Positions 25,687-37,151 of a stretch of DNA of 64,000 nucleotides are shown piece after piece. A model generated the notes under the pieces. The model was not told where the DNA came from. It saw only the letters and a program-made list of their open reading frames with translations, and searched no databases. Both the position numbers and the translations under genes were made by a program. Numbering within the stretch: the stretch's first letter is position 1; each line of letters opens with the position of its first letter. Source of the stretch: an uncultured virus (IMG/VR IMGVR_UViG_3300035126_001036) (lineage: Duplodnaviria > Heunggongvirae > Uroviricota > Caudoviricetes); IMG/VR virus record IMGVR_UViG_3300035126_001036, positions 62,001-126,000 of that record; one strand, written 5' to 3'.

Positions 25687-26126
25687 TTTTTCTTAGGCCT
25701 AATTTTAGTTCTTTGTTTAAACGGTGAATGGCGTCTATATTCTACTGGAACTTTAGGAGCATGAACCACCCCGTCTGAATCTTTTGTCATATGCTTTTTA
25801 GCATAATCCCTATCCATTGCAACAGAATACTCATCTTTTCCCCATACAGTGGTTCCTCTTTGGCCATCTGTCTTTACAACCTTTCCTGGTGGAGTTTCTT
25901 TGACGGCCTTTTTAGGGACATTAAACTTAAGAGTTTTTACACCCTTTCCGTGTCTACTGCCGAAAGACCGGGCAATTCCACTGCTTGTTGATGCATAAAC
26001 TTCAGGAGAATTAAAACCAGATTTTTCTATTTTTTTTGAAGCCTCTGGAGAAGTCCCATGATAAAATATAACTCTCTTCATTCTCTGTGGGGCCACCTCT
26101 AAAATAAACTGCTGATAGGGTTTCAT
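25683..26126 (-). CDS. putative internal head protein, ADP-ribosyltransferase-like fold
   Basis: Start re-set to ATG 26126 (MKPYQQFILE); FYHGTS...IEKSGF...VYASTS..IARSFG; minus-strand CTAAATA at 26153-26159. Confidence 0.55.
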   Translation of the reverse strand: MKPYQQFILEVAPQRMKRVIFYHGTSPEASKKIEKSGFNSPEVYASTSSGIARSFGSRHGKGVKTLKFNVPKKAVKETPPGKVVKTDGQRGTTVWGKDEYSVAMDRDYAKKHMTKDSDGVVHAPKVPVEYRRHSPFKQRTKIRPKKK

Positions 26127-26237
26127 CCTAAAAAATTTCTTACACATAAAACTATTTAGTATCGACCTAAATACCACTGGTGATTCAGAAACCACCCAAA
26201 AAGTTTCTCTTAAAACTCAATTTAAGGAGACAAATCA

Positions 26238-26432
26238 ATGACTGATCGTAATGCACAATTCATGAAAGAAATGTGGGGAACCACTTCTCTTGTAACTGAT
26301 TATAAACCAGAAAAAAAGAAACTTCTAAGAGAAGTTACTGATGAAAAATTCAAAAAAGAAGAGGAACAAAAAGAGACCGAACTTTTTGATGCCTGGGATT
26401 ATGGCCTGGATTCACTCACTCTAAATACCTAA
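26238..26432 (+). CDS. hypothetical protein
   Basis: AAGGAG RBS; CTAAATA upstream. Confidence 0.65.
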   Translation: MTDRNAQFMKEMWGTTSLVTDYKPEKKKLLREVTDEKFKKEEEQKETELFDAWDYGLDSLTLNT

Positions 26433-26437
26433 TAAAA

Positions 26438-26830
26438 ATGGCAATTCGGACCAGTAGGCAGTTTAAAGATATCAGTGCAACCTTTCAAATTAATCCCTTG
26501 AATAAGGATGCGATTGCTATTAAAAATGAAACTGCCATCTCCAGGTCCGTTCGTAATCTAATTTTTACTCAGATCGGTGAGATTCCATATTCCGATATTG
26601 GAAGTTCTGTAAACAGACTTCTATTTGAGAATATGGACTCTTTCACCTCAACCGCACTTGAAAGTGAGGTACGAAATGCCCTTACAAATGAACCCCGAAT
26701 AAATGTCAGAGAAGTCATCATTACACCAGATTTTGATAACAATGCATTTAATGTAAGATTGACCTATGATATCATCGGAATTGATGTTCCACCTCAACAG
26801 TTAACCTTGGCCCTAGTTTCAACACGATAA
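26438..26830 (+). CDS. gp25: baseplate wedge subunit gp25
   Basis: FKDIS..F..NP...AI.RSVRNLI.T..GE..., EPRI; position before gp6. Confidence 0.9.
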   Translation: MAIRTSRQFKDISATFQINPLNKDAIAIKNETAISRSVRNLIFTQIGEIPYSDIGSSVNRLLFENMDSFTSTALESEVRNALTNEPRINVREVIITPDFDNNAFNVRLTYDIIGIDVPPQQLTLALVSTR

Positions 26831-28728
26831 TGGCTCTTACTCAGTTTACTAATCTAGATTTTGATCAAATTAAGGTTTCTATTAGAGACTATCTAAGAGC
26901 CAGTTCAGAATTTACTGATTATGATTTTGAAGGATCTAATTTTAGTATTCTGATCAATACTCTGGCCTATAATACCTACATCAATTCTTATAATGCAAAT
27001 GCGATTGCAAATGAGGTCTTTCTTGATAGTGCTACTCTAAGAGAAAATGTCGTCTCTAGGGCCAAAGAGATTGGCTATCTTCCAAGATCCAGAACCGCAG
27101 CGCGGGCTAATATTTCATTTTTTGTAGATACCAATAATTTAACTACTAATCCTTTAACTCTGACTCTTAAAAGAGGAACCGTGGCGGTTTCTTCTTCTCA
27201 ATTTAATGGAAGAAACTTTACTTTTTCAATTTTAGATGATATTACTGTTCCGGTTGTTGATGGTCTGGCCTTTTTTGATAATATCACGGTTTATGAAGGT
27301 AATTTTATTGTAGAAAACTTCACTTTTTCTGGAAATCGGAGATTTATTCTTTCAAATATTGGAATTGACACTTCTTTGATTTCTGTTACTGTAAGAGAAA
27401 GTGAGCAATCAAACTTTTCTTCTAAGTATAACCTTAGTAGGGATATTTTTGAGGTCAGATCTGATTCAAAAGTGTTCTTTATTCAAGAAATTGAGGATGA
27501 ATATTATGAAATTTTCTTTGGAGATGGTATTTTTGGCAAAAAACTAGAAAATAATAACTATATTGACATAACTTACCTAACATCATCAGGTGAAGAGGCT
27601 AATGGTGCTCGGTCTTTTTCATTTTCTGGTCGTATTTTTGATAATAATGGAGGCATTGTTAACAATGACATCTCCAGAATCACCGTCAACACCCCTGCAT
27701 TTGGTGGAAAATCCATCGAAAGCCTAGATTCTATCAAAAGATACGCCCCGAGGCTCTATTCGGCCCAAAATCGGGCTGTCACGGCGGCTGATTATGAGGC
27801 CATAGTACCTCAAATTTATCCCGAAGTCGAGTCAATTTCGGCCTTTGGAGGTGAAAACCTGACTCCACCTCAATTTGGTAAGGTTTTTATCAGTATAAAG
27901 CCCATAAATGGCGAATTCTTATCAAATAATGTAAAAGACAACATTAAAGCTGCTCTCAGAAAGTATGCAGTGGCCGGAATTGTTCCTGAAATTATTGATC
28001 TTAAGTATCTTTACATCGAATTTGACACGTCTGTTTACTATAATCCCAATTTTACGGTCTCCCCAGAGGCCCTAAGGTCCAATTTGATTGAGATTATTCA
28101 GTCTTATGCAAAATCAACCGAATTAAACAAATATGGTGGAAGATTTAAGTATAGTAAATTTCTTAATTTAATTGATGAATCATCCGAGGCAATTACTTCT
28201 AACATCACAAAGATCAAAATTAGAAGAAACTTGAAAGTGGAGGTCAATAAATTCGCCACATATGAAATTTGTTATGGAAATGCGTTTCATATTAGAAATC
28301 AAAATGGAAATAATATAAAATCCTCTGGTTTTTATATTCCTGGGATCAATTCAGTCGTTTACTTGGCCGACCTTCCTTCTTCTAATGATTCTGGAAGTCT
28401 CTATCTGTTTACTCTTTCTGATGATGAATCAATTAATATCGTTAGAAGAAACGTAGGTGAAATCCATTACACCAAAGGAGAAATAATTTTATACCCAATA
28501 AATATTAGAGATACTGTTAAAAAGTTTGGTTTTGATAATATTATAGAAATTGCAGCAATTCCTAGATCCAATGATGTGATTGGATTACAGGATCTCTATT
28601 TACAATTGGATACCTCAAATAGTACCGTAAACATGATTGTTGACAATATCTCATCCGGCGCAGACATCACAGGATCAAACTACATATCTACATCAAGTTA
28701 CCTAGAAGAAAAAATTATTAGACGATGA
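26830..28728 (+). CDS. gp6: baseplate wedge subunit gp6
   Basis: LDFDQIK...FTDYDFEGSN...FLDSATLRENVVS; QNRAVTAADY. Confidence 0.95.
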   Translation: MALTQFTNLDFDQIKVSIRDYLRASSEFTDYDFEGSNFSILINTLAYNTYINSYNANAIANEVFLDSATLRENVVSRAKEIGYLPRSRTAARANISFFVDTNNLTTNPLTLTLKRGTVAVSSSQFNGRNFTFSILDDITVPVVDGLAFFDNITVYEGNFIVENFTFSGNRRFILSNIGIDTSLISVTVRESEQSNFSSKYNLSRDIFEVRSDSKVFFIQEIEDEYYEIFFGDGIFGKKLENNNYIDITYLTSSGEEANGARSFSFSGRIFDNNGGIVNNDISRITVNTPAFGGKSIESLDSIKRYAPRLYSAQNRAVTAADYEAIVPQIYPEVESISAFGGENLTPPQFGKVFISIKPINGEFLSNNVKDNIKAALRKYAVAGIVPEIIDLKYLYIEFDTSVYYNPNFTVSPEALRSNLIEIIQSYAKSTELNKYGGRFKYSKFLNLIDESSEAITSNITKIKIRRNLKVEVNKFATYEICYGNAFHIRNQNGNNIKSSGFYIPGINSVVYLADLPSSNDSGSLYLFTLSDDESINIVRRNVGEIHYTKGEIILYPINIRDTVKKFGFDNIIEIAAIPRSNDVIGLQDLYLQLDTSNSTVNMIVDNISSGADITGSNYISTSSYLEEKIIRR

Positions 28729-31700
28729 GAATTCCCGTTTCAACGATTGTAGATTCCCAATTACCACTTTTTGTAAGAGAAGAATATCCTCTATTTTCGG
28801 AATTCCTTCGTCAATATTATCTTTCCGACAAATCGGAAGAACTTATTCAAAATTTAGATAAAAATATTGATCTAGATGTAGTCTTTAATATTCGATTAGA
28901 GGCAATATTAGATCAAAATGTCGGTTTTAATGATACCACAATTACTGTTGATTCCACAGAAGGATTTCCGGATAATAATGGTCTAATTAAAATCAATAAT
29001 GAAATTATCTTTTATAAATCAAAATCAGAGACTCAATTTATCGGTTGTGTCAGAGGATTTAGTGGAATTACGAAACTTGATAGAAAGTTCCTAGAATTTT
29101 CTGAATCAGAAAGTGAGAGACATTCAAGTGAATCTGTTGTTTTAAATTTGAGTGCCCTATATCTTCAGCAATTTGCAATACAAACCAAAAAGAAAATTAT
29201 TCCAGGATTTGAAGATAGAAAATTCTTCTCCGGTCTAAATGCATCTAATTTTGCAAAAAATGCCAAGTCTTTTTATTCTTCTAAGGGTTCTGATGAATCT
29301 TTTAGAATGTTGTTCGGGGCTCTTTATGGTAAGCCTGTTGATGTTATCAAGCCAAGAGATTTTCTAATTCGCCCATCAGATGCCCAGTATAGGGTCACCA
29401 AGGACCTCGTAGTGGAGGTTATTTCTGGCGATCCTTATGGTCTGATCAATTCCACTCTTTATCAGGATGCTACTTCATCCATAGAACCAGCCCAGGGGAC
29501 GGTTATTGAGGCCACCAAGATCATAAGAGACAATAAAGAATATTTTATTATTAGTCTTGATTTTGATTATAATCGAGATGTGGATGCATCTGGTACAGTA
29601 AAAAGTGAATTCAGTATTCACCCCAAAACATTATCCACTTCTAGAGTTAATTCAGGATCAGCCCATATTGATGTTGATTCAACCGTTGGGTTTCCAGATT
29701 CTGGTGAGTTAAAAATCAACCTAGAAGATGGAACAATCTTAACAGTATCTTATCAAAGTAAGGTTTTAAATCAATTTTTAGATTGTTCTGGTATTTCAAA
29801 TACTATTCCAGAAAAATCAGAAATTAAAATTGATAATTTGATTTATGGATTTGATAACAATGGAAATAGAGTTGAATTGTTTGTAAATGGGGTACTTGGT
29901 GATATTGATTATATTGACAATACCTTCTATTATGAGCCAAAAGAAAAAATTAAAATCAAGACTTTAGGCGAAGACATTTCCGAACTGAAGGCTAACAACT
30001 GGTTCTTTAATATTTCAGTTACCTATGATGTTCAGGCAATTATAATAGAAGATTCTTCTAATTTTTCTTATAGGGTTTCTCTTTTTGATGAACATAATTT
30101 CGTAATTGGCGATTCCTTTACTCTCTACGCCTCTGATGGTTCAAACTATAATGGAACCATAAACTTTGTAGAAAATGAGAAAATCGTAATTATCACGGGT
30201 ACTGGTCCATTAAACGAGATTTTATCTTATACCATAAGAAAGAATATTTCAAAAGTAAATGTCCAGTCTGAAAAATATTCTAATATAAGCATCTTTAATT
30301 CAAATGTTCAAAACATTTACACTGATTATGATAAGAGTGTTTATGTTTCGTCGCCGTCTCTCCCAACATATCTAGGATTTCCTCTTGAAATCAACGATTT
30401 TACTCTGACCATCCCTTCTGGTGATTATGATGGCCTAAATCAGATAGTATTTTCCAGACCACACGGCCTGTTTACAGGGGAATCTGTTGTTCTTAAAAAC
30501 CAAAATTCAATCGCAACGGATGGTTCTTATATTGTTTTTGTTGTTTCTATAGATACAATAAGACTAGCAAAAAGCCCAGAAAATATTATTTCTAATGAAT
30601 TTGTTGTCTTCTCTGGGCAAATCTCAAATGGTTCTCTTGAGCCCCTAGGTTTTAATGACTTAAATTTCAATAGGCTTCCACTTCGACCACAAAATATCAT
30701 TAAAAAATTAGAATCTCCTATCTTAAAGGACAAAGAAGAGGTTACTGAATCCGGAACTGTTGGTATTCTAATTAATGGGGTTGAAATTTCAAACTTTAAA
30801 TCAGAAGATTCATCTTTCTATGGACCTATTACATCTGTTGATGTTCTAGATGGTGGTGATAGTTACAATGTAATTCAACCACCCACAATAAATGTTGTTG
30901 ACACAGTTGGCACTGGGGCCTCATTATCTGTTGCGGTTGAGGGCTCTCTTGAGAGAATTGATGTAATTGATCCAGGGTTTGATTATCTTGATGTTCCACA
31001 AATTAAAATCACAGGTGGAAATGGTGCGGGTGCCGAAGCCACAGTAAAATTGGTTTCATTTATTCATTCTGTTGAATTTAATTCAGAGACAGCGGTTGAT
31101 ACTATAAATGACATTATTGTATTTACCGAGGATCACAAATTTGCAGATAATGAAGAGGTTATTTATAGAACCGACAACCAAAAGAATGTTGTCGGTATTG
31201 ATACAAACTCAAAATACTATGTAAAGCCTCTTGATGCAAAAAGAGTTCAGTTATACTTTGCTCTTGATCAATCTACCCCAATTAATTTAAGTGGAATTGG
31301 GACCGGAATTCATTCATTGACTTCGATTAGTTCAAAGAAAAAAATTTCAAGAATAGAAGTCACAAATTCTGGTTCCGGGTATAAAAATAAGAGAGTAAAA
31401 ATTGTTGGAATTAATACTGCATCAGATTCTTTGATTATTAATAATCATGGATATGTTTCTGGTGAGATTGTTGAATACAAGACTTCTGGATCACCAATTG
31501 TTGGTCTTGCCCAGACTACTCAATATTACGTTACTGTCATTGATAACGATCAAATTAGACTTTCAGATACCTCTTCAATTGAAAGAGCCGATGTCAATTA
31601 TAAAAAGAAAAAGTATGTAGATATTTTATCATTACCTTCTGGAAATCATTATCTAAATTATCCCGAAATTAAAGTAGAGCTTTCTGGAAGAATAGGTATT

Positions 31701-34700
31701 TCCACTTTTTTGGGGCAAGATTTTAGAGGGCAAATTCAGCCGGTATTTTCTGGTAAAATTCAATCTATCCAAATAGATCAAGGCGGGCAGAATTATGGTT
31801 CAGCAAATATTTTAAATTATCAAAGAAAGCCCAATTTAATTATACAAGAAGGAAGAAATGCCCAAGTAACTCCAATTATCGTAAACGGTTCTATCTCTAG
31901 AGTAATTGTCAACTCCTCTGGTAGTGGATACCAGCAAATTCCAGAATTAGTTGTTGGTCCGGTGGATACCGGGGTCAATTTAACTCCTGTTATTGTTGAA
32001 GGAAAATTAGTTCAAGTAATTGTTGTTAATGGTGGACAAAATCTTAATCCAGATAATACTATTATTTCTGTAATTCCAAAAGGCTTTAATGCAAAGTTTA
32101 ATGTAAATATAGCCTCAAGAAGAGTCAATCTAGTACAAAAATTAATATCGGGTGAAAATATAACAAAAGATGATGGTTTCTTGGCAAGAAACGTGAATTC
32201 TCTTGAATATACCCATCTTTATGCTCCAAGATCACTAAGAAGATCCCTACTTAGAAAAGTCGGAAATGTAAATGTCAGAGATTTAAACGTTGTTCAGGGG
32301 AAAGAAATTGCCTCAAATGCACATTCCCCCCTTATTGGCTGGGCCTATGATGGAAATCCCATCTACGGACCCTATAGTTATGCAAATGGAAATTCTGGAC
32401 AGGTAAGGGCTCTTAAATCTAGCTATAGAATAAAAACCACAACTGAACTAAGTCAAGAAAATAGACCCCCATTATCTATTTTCCCTATTGGCTTTTTTGT
32501 GGATGATTACTTGTTTGATGGTAGTGGAGACCTCGATGAGAATAATGGAAGATTCTGTATTACTCCAGAATTTCCCCAAGGAACCTATGCGTACTTCTGC
32601 ACCATTTCAAATATTGTTGCAAGTTCTGGGCCATTTTTTAATTATTTTACTCCAGTGTTTCCTTATATTATTGGTCCAACATATAAAAATAAAAAAACAT
32701 CACAAATTGACAAGTTTGAAGATCTGGGAAATAAGATTTTAAGAAATACCACCCCATATAAACTATTAAATGATACAAGTAGATATGAATTCCTCTTAAA
32801 TCCGAATAAAATAAAAGAAGAATCTCTAGAGATCATAAAAACCAAAACTTCTTTTGTTGATGGTTTTGAAATTGTTGAATCTGGAAGTAATTATAAAGTT
32901 GAAGATTCTATTACTTTAAGTGATGGGACAATTGCGAGAGTTAATGAAATTCAAGGTGTCGGGGTTTATTCAATTGGTGTTTCTCATACAACATTTTCTG
33001 GTCTAGAAATCATTCCATTTAAAAACTCACATATCGGCCTTTTTGAAAATCCACATAATATAGAAACCACTACCCCCTTTAGACTAAATTCAGAATTTGA
33101 ACTCAACAAAAAAATAAAAGCAACTCCGGTTCAAACTACTCTGTCACTATCGGCTCCTGTTGAACCGGGGGCTGTTACTGGATTCGTCACATATTTTAGT
33201 GTAGATGGTAATTTAAATTTCCCACTTAAAGAGAATGATGTTTTTATTATTAATAACGAAAAAGTAAGAGTTCTTTCAATTGATTCAAAAGCATCTAGAA
33301 TTAAAGTGCAGAGAGGATATGGTGGGTCTTCGGTGGGCATTTCTACTTACCCAATAAATACAACTCTTTCTGAAGATTCAAGAAAACTTACATTTAATAT
33401 AGGTATTTCTACTTATTATAATTTTAAATTAAATCAGGAATACTATTTTAATCCAGTAGAATCTTTAGGAATTGGAACAGTAGGTATTTCTACTGTATTT
33501 TTCTCAAATCCTGGTCTTGGTGTTACATTCCTCACTATTCCTAATAAGACTATACTACTAGAAAATCATCAACTAGTTTCTGGAAATTCTCTATTCTATT
33601 CCAGTAACGGTGGCAGTCCAATTCAAGTTTCATTTAGTGGAATTGGGACGACTACCCTCCTAGAAAATCAGGAACTATTTGTAAACAAAATTAACAACGA
33701 TCTCATTTCAATTTCCACCACAAGACAATCAGGAAATGAATTAAGTTTTGTTTCAATAGGAACCAGTGATAATCATAGTTTCAAAACAAATTTTGAGGGT
33801 AATTTTATTGCAAATATTTCAAATAATAAAGTAAATGTAATCACAAATTCCAATCACGGTTTAAGTCTTCTTGACCAAGTAAATGTTAATGTTGTAAGTG
33901 GAATTACCACAAGTTACAGTATTTTTTATAATGATCATAATCGAAGATTCTGTGTCAATAAAAGATTCATAGATTCTATTGATGTTTTAACTAATGTTAT
34001 TACATCAAATAATCATAAATTTAGACTTGGCGAAAAAGTAATTTATAATGAAACCTCTCCTATTGGTGGATTAACAGGCCAGGGAATGTATTATGTCATT
34101 CCCATCACTAAAAATCAGTTTAAACTGGCCAATTCCTATTATGATGCGGTGACACCCCCACTAGAAGAAATTAATCTGACTTCTTCCGGTTCGGGTTTCT
34201 TCTATTCAATAAATCCAAAAATAGAAATTATTAAAAATCAAAATATTATTTTTGATGTTTCTGATTCCTCACTTTCTTATACAATTTCTGGGGAAATCTT
34301 TCCGGCATTTACATTAAGGTTATATGAAGATAAAGACCTGATTAATGAGTACTTTACATATAATCTGGCTCAAGAAGGAATAGTTGGAATTGATAGTACT
34401 GCAAAATATAAATTAACCACTGAAAATATTAAAGATAATTTATATTATGCTATCATCCCAACTTCGGAAGCCCCGGTCATTAAAAGAGAAATATCTTTTG
34501 ACTTAGAGCAAATTGAGGCCTTTGGTTTACAAAAAATAGATAGCAAATATTCTGGGCCACATGAAATCATTTCAGTTGGCTCCACCACTTTCTCTTATGA
34601 ACTTTTTGATTATCCAGAGGCAAATTCTTATCAAAATTCAATAACTTACACAACAAATTCTAAGACTGCTATTGGACCTATTCACAATATTAAAGTAACT

Positions 34701-37151
34701 AATATAGAATATTCAAATACCCTGCCAGTAATAGATAAAATTGAAACACAATCTGGAACTGATGCTGTAATAAATCCAATTTCTAGCGATATTGGCCAAA
34801 TTGAAAATACTAAGAAGTTAGATATTGGTTTTGATTATACTGTTGATTATACAATTAGACCAAAGGCAAATCTTCCTCAAATTTTAAGAATTGCGAGATT
34901 GTTCCAGTTGGAGTCAGTTACAGTAACTGAAAGAGGATTTGGATATTCATTTGCTCCAGATTTAATTCTGATTGATAAAACAACGAGAATCCCTCATACT
35001 GCGGAGTTAGATTATGATCTAGATTCAAATCTGGTTAAAATAATTCAAAATACAAATAAAATTACAGATAATGGTGCTGAAATAATTCCAGTAAATAATG
35101 ATAATGGGTTTGAAATTTCCGCAATCACTTTTAACTCCGGAACAAAAATTGTAACGGTTCAATTAAAAAATCCTTTTAATAGTGTTGATGAATTTCCATT
35201 TTCTACTGGCGAATTTGTTTATATTGAAGGAGTTTCTGCCATTAGTGGTTCTGGCTATAATTCAAGTAATTATGGGTATCAATATTTTGAAATTCTTTCC
35301 GGAAATGCTAATATTGGTGGCCTGGCTAATTTTACATTCGCCCTAGATCAAATAAATCCAGGAACAGTAGATGATTTCTATACTAGTGGTTTCGCTATTC
35401 CTCAGAAATATCTACCCTCTTTCGATATTAAACTAAAAACCAATATTTATCTTCGGGGTGAAAAATTTAGAACTCTTTCTAATAAGATTGGTGAAGTTAT
35501 TAATTGGGATGTTGATAATTCTATTCTCAAGGTAATTTCAGTAGATAAGATCAATACTGATGATATAATTTTTGGAGTAACAAGTAAGAACTATTCCGAG
35601 GTTACTTATGCATATTTACCGGAAGCATATATTGATATTGAACCAAGTTCAGTCGTACAAAAAGGCTGGAATAGCAATGTAGGGTTCTTAAATGATTCTC
35701 TTCAAAGACTGCATGATAGTGATTATTATCAATATTTTTCATATGATTTAAGATCCGAAGAACAATATGTGGATTGGACTGATACCGTTGATTCATTAAA
35801 TCACACTGCTGGTTTTAAAAAATTTGGAAATCTTTTAATCAACACGACTCACGATAATGTTGGTTTCAACACGGAACAAGGTCTTGGAACAGTTGAGGTT
35901 ATCAATGATATTCAAAATGTTTTAGATGTGAATTGTGTCTATGACTTTGATTTGGTCACGGAAAATTATTTTGATATTGATGGTGTAACAAGTTCAAATG
36001 AAATCTACTTTAATAATAAAAGAATCCAAAATTATATTGAATCAGTTGGTAATAAAGTTGTTCTCATTGACGATATTTCTGATAAATTTTTACCAGTTAT
36101 AAGAGAAAATAATGTAGATATTGATACTTTTAATAAATTTTTATATAGATTTAAAAAGTACACTATTCACATTTTTGATAGAAATGAACCTCAGGATTCT
36201 CAGTCTCTTTTGATTAATCTCTTGCACGATGACATCATTGTGTCAATAAATCAATATGCTGTAAATGATTCCATAAAGGAATTAGGAACATTCAACGCCG
36301 AGGTTAATGGTCTAAATATTAATCTTAAATTTTTCCCATTTGATATTTCTAATAAAGTCTACTCTGTGAATACTTTTTCATTCAATATCAGTGATTCTGA
36401 TGATGAACTTGGTTCCATTTCTTTAGGTGATGTTGTACAAATTAATTCACATAAAACAGTTGGAGTTGGGACAAGTACTAATACAATATTAAGTATTCCA
36501 GATTCAAAATCTGCAGCAAAGGTTCTTATTGTATATTCCGATAAAGAAAATGGAAACTATTATTCTGATGAAATAAACTATGTTCATGATGGGACAAACA
36601 TAATTTATAATTCTTATGGTGGTTTAAATATGGGAAATCCTTCTGGTGTGGGATCATATAATATTTACCTAGAAAATTCAGAAGTTAAAATTGATGTAGA
36701 ACCGAACAGCTCCACACCGTATGAAGTAAATTCTTTGTCCATTGAAATCTCAGGTACAACATCTACTAGCACTAGTTCTTTTATTATTAGTGGAAATAAA
36801 TTAGATAGTTCTTATGTTGGCGTGGCTACTACTTCAAAAACCCTGATTTATTCTTATGATAATGATTTTAAGGCAGGTTCACATCAAATATTAATTCAAG
36901 ATAATAATTCAAGTTCTATCAATTATACGGAATTATTAACCATGTTAAATAGTTCAAATCAAGAAATATATTCAGTGGAATTTGGTGATCTAAATATACA
37001 AAATTCAATAGGACAATTGGAAGTAGAATATTCAAATGTCAATGGCGATTTAGAAATATATTTTACCCCCTTTAGTAGTTCTGATTATGAAGTTAGGGTT
37101 TTTAGTAATTTAATTTCACGATTTAGAAGATCCGATACATTAATTCCATGA
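28725..37151 (+). CDS. gp7: baseplate wedge initiator gp7-like giant protein (N-terminal part), with YHYH-like segment
   Basis: FYSSKGS.ESF..LF..LYG; HSPLIGWAYDGNPIYGPY; DSDYYQYFSY; between gp6 and gp8. Confidence 0.8.
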   Translation: MRIPVSTIVDSQLPLFVREEYPLFSEFLRQYYLSDKSEELIQNLDKNIDLDVVFNIRLEAILDQNVGFNDTTITVDSTEGFPDNNGLIKINNEIIFYKSKSETQFIGCVRGFSGITKLDRKFLEFSESESERHSSESVVLNLSALYLQQFAIQTKKKIIPGFEDRKFFSGLNASNFAKNAKSFYSSKGSDESFRMLFGALYGKPVDVIKPRDFLIRPSDAQYRVTKDLVVEVISGDPYGLINSTLYQDATSSIEPAQGTVIEATKIIRDNKEYFIISLDFDYNRDVDASGTVKSEFSIHPKTLSTSRVNSGSAHIDVDSTVGFPDSGELKINLEDGTILTVSYQSKVLNQFLDCSGISNTIPEKSEIKIDNLIYGFDNNGNRVELFVNGVLGDIDYIDNTFYYEPKEKIKIKTLGEDISELKANNWFFNISVTYDVQAIIIEDSSNFSYRVSLFDEHNFVIGDSFTLYASDGSNYNGTINFVENEKIVIITGTGPLNEILSYTIRKNISKVNVQSEKYSNISIFNSNVQNIYTDYDKSVYVSSPSLPTYLGFPLEINDFTLTIPSGDYDGLNQIVFSRPHGLFTGESVVLKNQNSIATDGSYIVFVVSIDTIRLAKSPENIISNEFVVFSGQISNGSLEPLGFNDLNFNRLPLRPQNIIKKLESPILKDKEEVTESGTVGILINGVEISNFKSEDSSFYGPITSVDVLDGGDSYNVIQPPTINVVDTVGTGASLSVAVEGSLERIDVIDPGFDYLDVPQIKITGGNGAGAEATVKLVSFIHSVEFNSETAVDTINDIIVFTEDHKFADNEEVIYRTDNQKNVVGIDTNSKYYVKPLDAKRVQLYFALDQSTPINLSGIGTGIHSLTSISSKKKISRIEVTNSGSGYKNKRVKIVGINTASDSLIINNHGYVSGEIVEYKTSGSPIVGLAQTTQYYVTVIDNDQIRLSDTSSIERADVNYKKKKYVDILSLPSGNHYLNYPEIKVELSGRIGISTFLGQDFRGQIQPVFSGKIQSIQIDQGGQNYGSANILNYQRKPNLIIQEGRNAQVTPIIVNGSISRVIVNSSGSGYQQIPELVVGPVDTGVNLTPVIVEGKLVQVIVVNGGQNLNPDNTIISVIPKGFNAKFNVNIASRRVNLVQKLISGENITKDDGFLARNVNSLEYTHLYAPRSLRRSLLRKVGNVNVRDLNVVQGKEIASNAHSPLIGWAYDGNPIYGPYSYANGNSGQVRALKSSYRIKTTTELSQENRPPLSIFPIGFFVDDYLFDGSGDLDENNGRFCITPEFPQGTYAYFCTISNIVASSGPFFNYFTPVFPYIIGPTYKNKKTSQIDKFEDLGNKILRNTTPYKLLNDTSRYEFLLNPNKIKEESLEIIKTKTSFVDGFEIVESGSNYKVEDSITLSDGTIARVNEIQGVGVYSIGVSHTTFSGLEIIPFKNSHIGLFENPHNIETTTPFRLNSEFELNKKIKATPVQTTLSLSAPVEPGAVTGFVTYFSVDGNLNFPLKENDVFIINNEKVRVLSIDSKASRIKVQRGYGGSSVGISTYPINTTLSEDSRKLTFNIGISTYYNFKLNQEYYFNPVESLGIGTVGISTVFFSNPGLGVTFLTIPNKTILLENHQLVSGNSLFYSSNGGSPIQVSFSGIGTTTLLENQELFVNKINNDLISISTTRQSGNELSFVSIGTSDNHSFKTNFEGNFIANISNNKVNVITNSNHGLSLLDQVNVNVVSGITTSYSIFYNDHNRRFCVNKRFIDSIDVLTNVITSNNHKFRLGEKVIYNETSPIGGLTGQGMYYVIPITKNQFKLANSYYDAVTPPLEEINLTSSGSGFFYSINPKIEIIKNQNIIFDVSDSSLSYTISGEIFPAFTLRLYEDKDLINEYFTYNLAQEGIVGIDSTAKYKLTTENIKDNLYYAIIPTSEAPVIKREISFDLEQIEAFGLQKIDSKYSGPHEIISVGSTTFSYELFDYPEANSYQNSITYTTNSKTAIGPIHNIKVTNIEYSNTLPVIDKIETQSGTDAVINPISSDIGQIENTKKLDIGFDYTVDYTIRPKANLPQILRIARLFQLESVTVTERGFGYSFAPDLILIDKTTRIPHTAELDYDLDSNLVKIIQNTNKITDNGAEIIPVNNDNGFEISAITFNSGTKIVTVQLKNPFNSVDEFPFSTGEFVYIEGVSAISGSGYNSSNYGYQYFEILSGNANIGGLANFTFALDQINPGTVDDFYTSGFAIPQKYLPSFDIKLKTNIYLRGEKFRTLSNKIGEVINWDVDNSILKVISVDKINTDDIIFGVTSKNYSEVTYAYLPEAYIDIEPSSVVQKGWNSNVGFLNDSLQRLHDSDYYQYFSYDLRSEEQYVDWTDTVDSLNHTAGFKKFGNLLINTTHDNVGFNTEQGLGTVEVINDIQNVLDVNCVYDFDLVTENYFDIDGVTSSNEIYFNNKRIQNYIESVGNKVVLIDDISDKFLPVIRENNVDIDTFNKFLYRFKKYTIHIFDRNEPQDSQSLLINLLHDDIIVSINQYAVNDSIKELGTFNAEVNGLNINLKFFPFDISNKVYSVNTFSFNISDSDDELGSISLGDVVQINSHKTVGVGTSTNTILSIPDSKSAAKVLIVYSDKENGNYYSDEINYVHDGTNIIYNSYGGLNMGNPSGVGSYNIYLENSEVKIDVEPNSSTPYEVNSLSIEISGTTSTSTSSFIISGNKLDSSYVGVATTSKTLIYSYDNDFKAGSHQILIQDNNSSSINYTELLTMLNSSNQEIYSVEFGDLNIQNSIGQLEVEYSNVNGDLEIYFTPFSSSDYEVRVFSNLISRFRRSDTLIP

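Noticed and set aside
26127..26195. Upstream extension of ORF 25683-26195 in the ORF track
   Set aside because: It spans the late promoter; ATG 26126 gives the same leader as the two downstream genes
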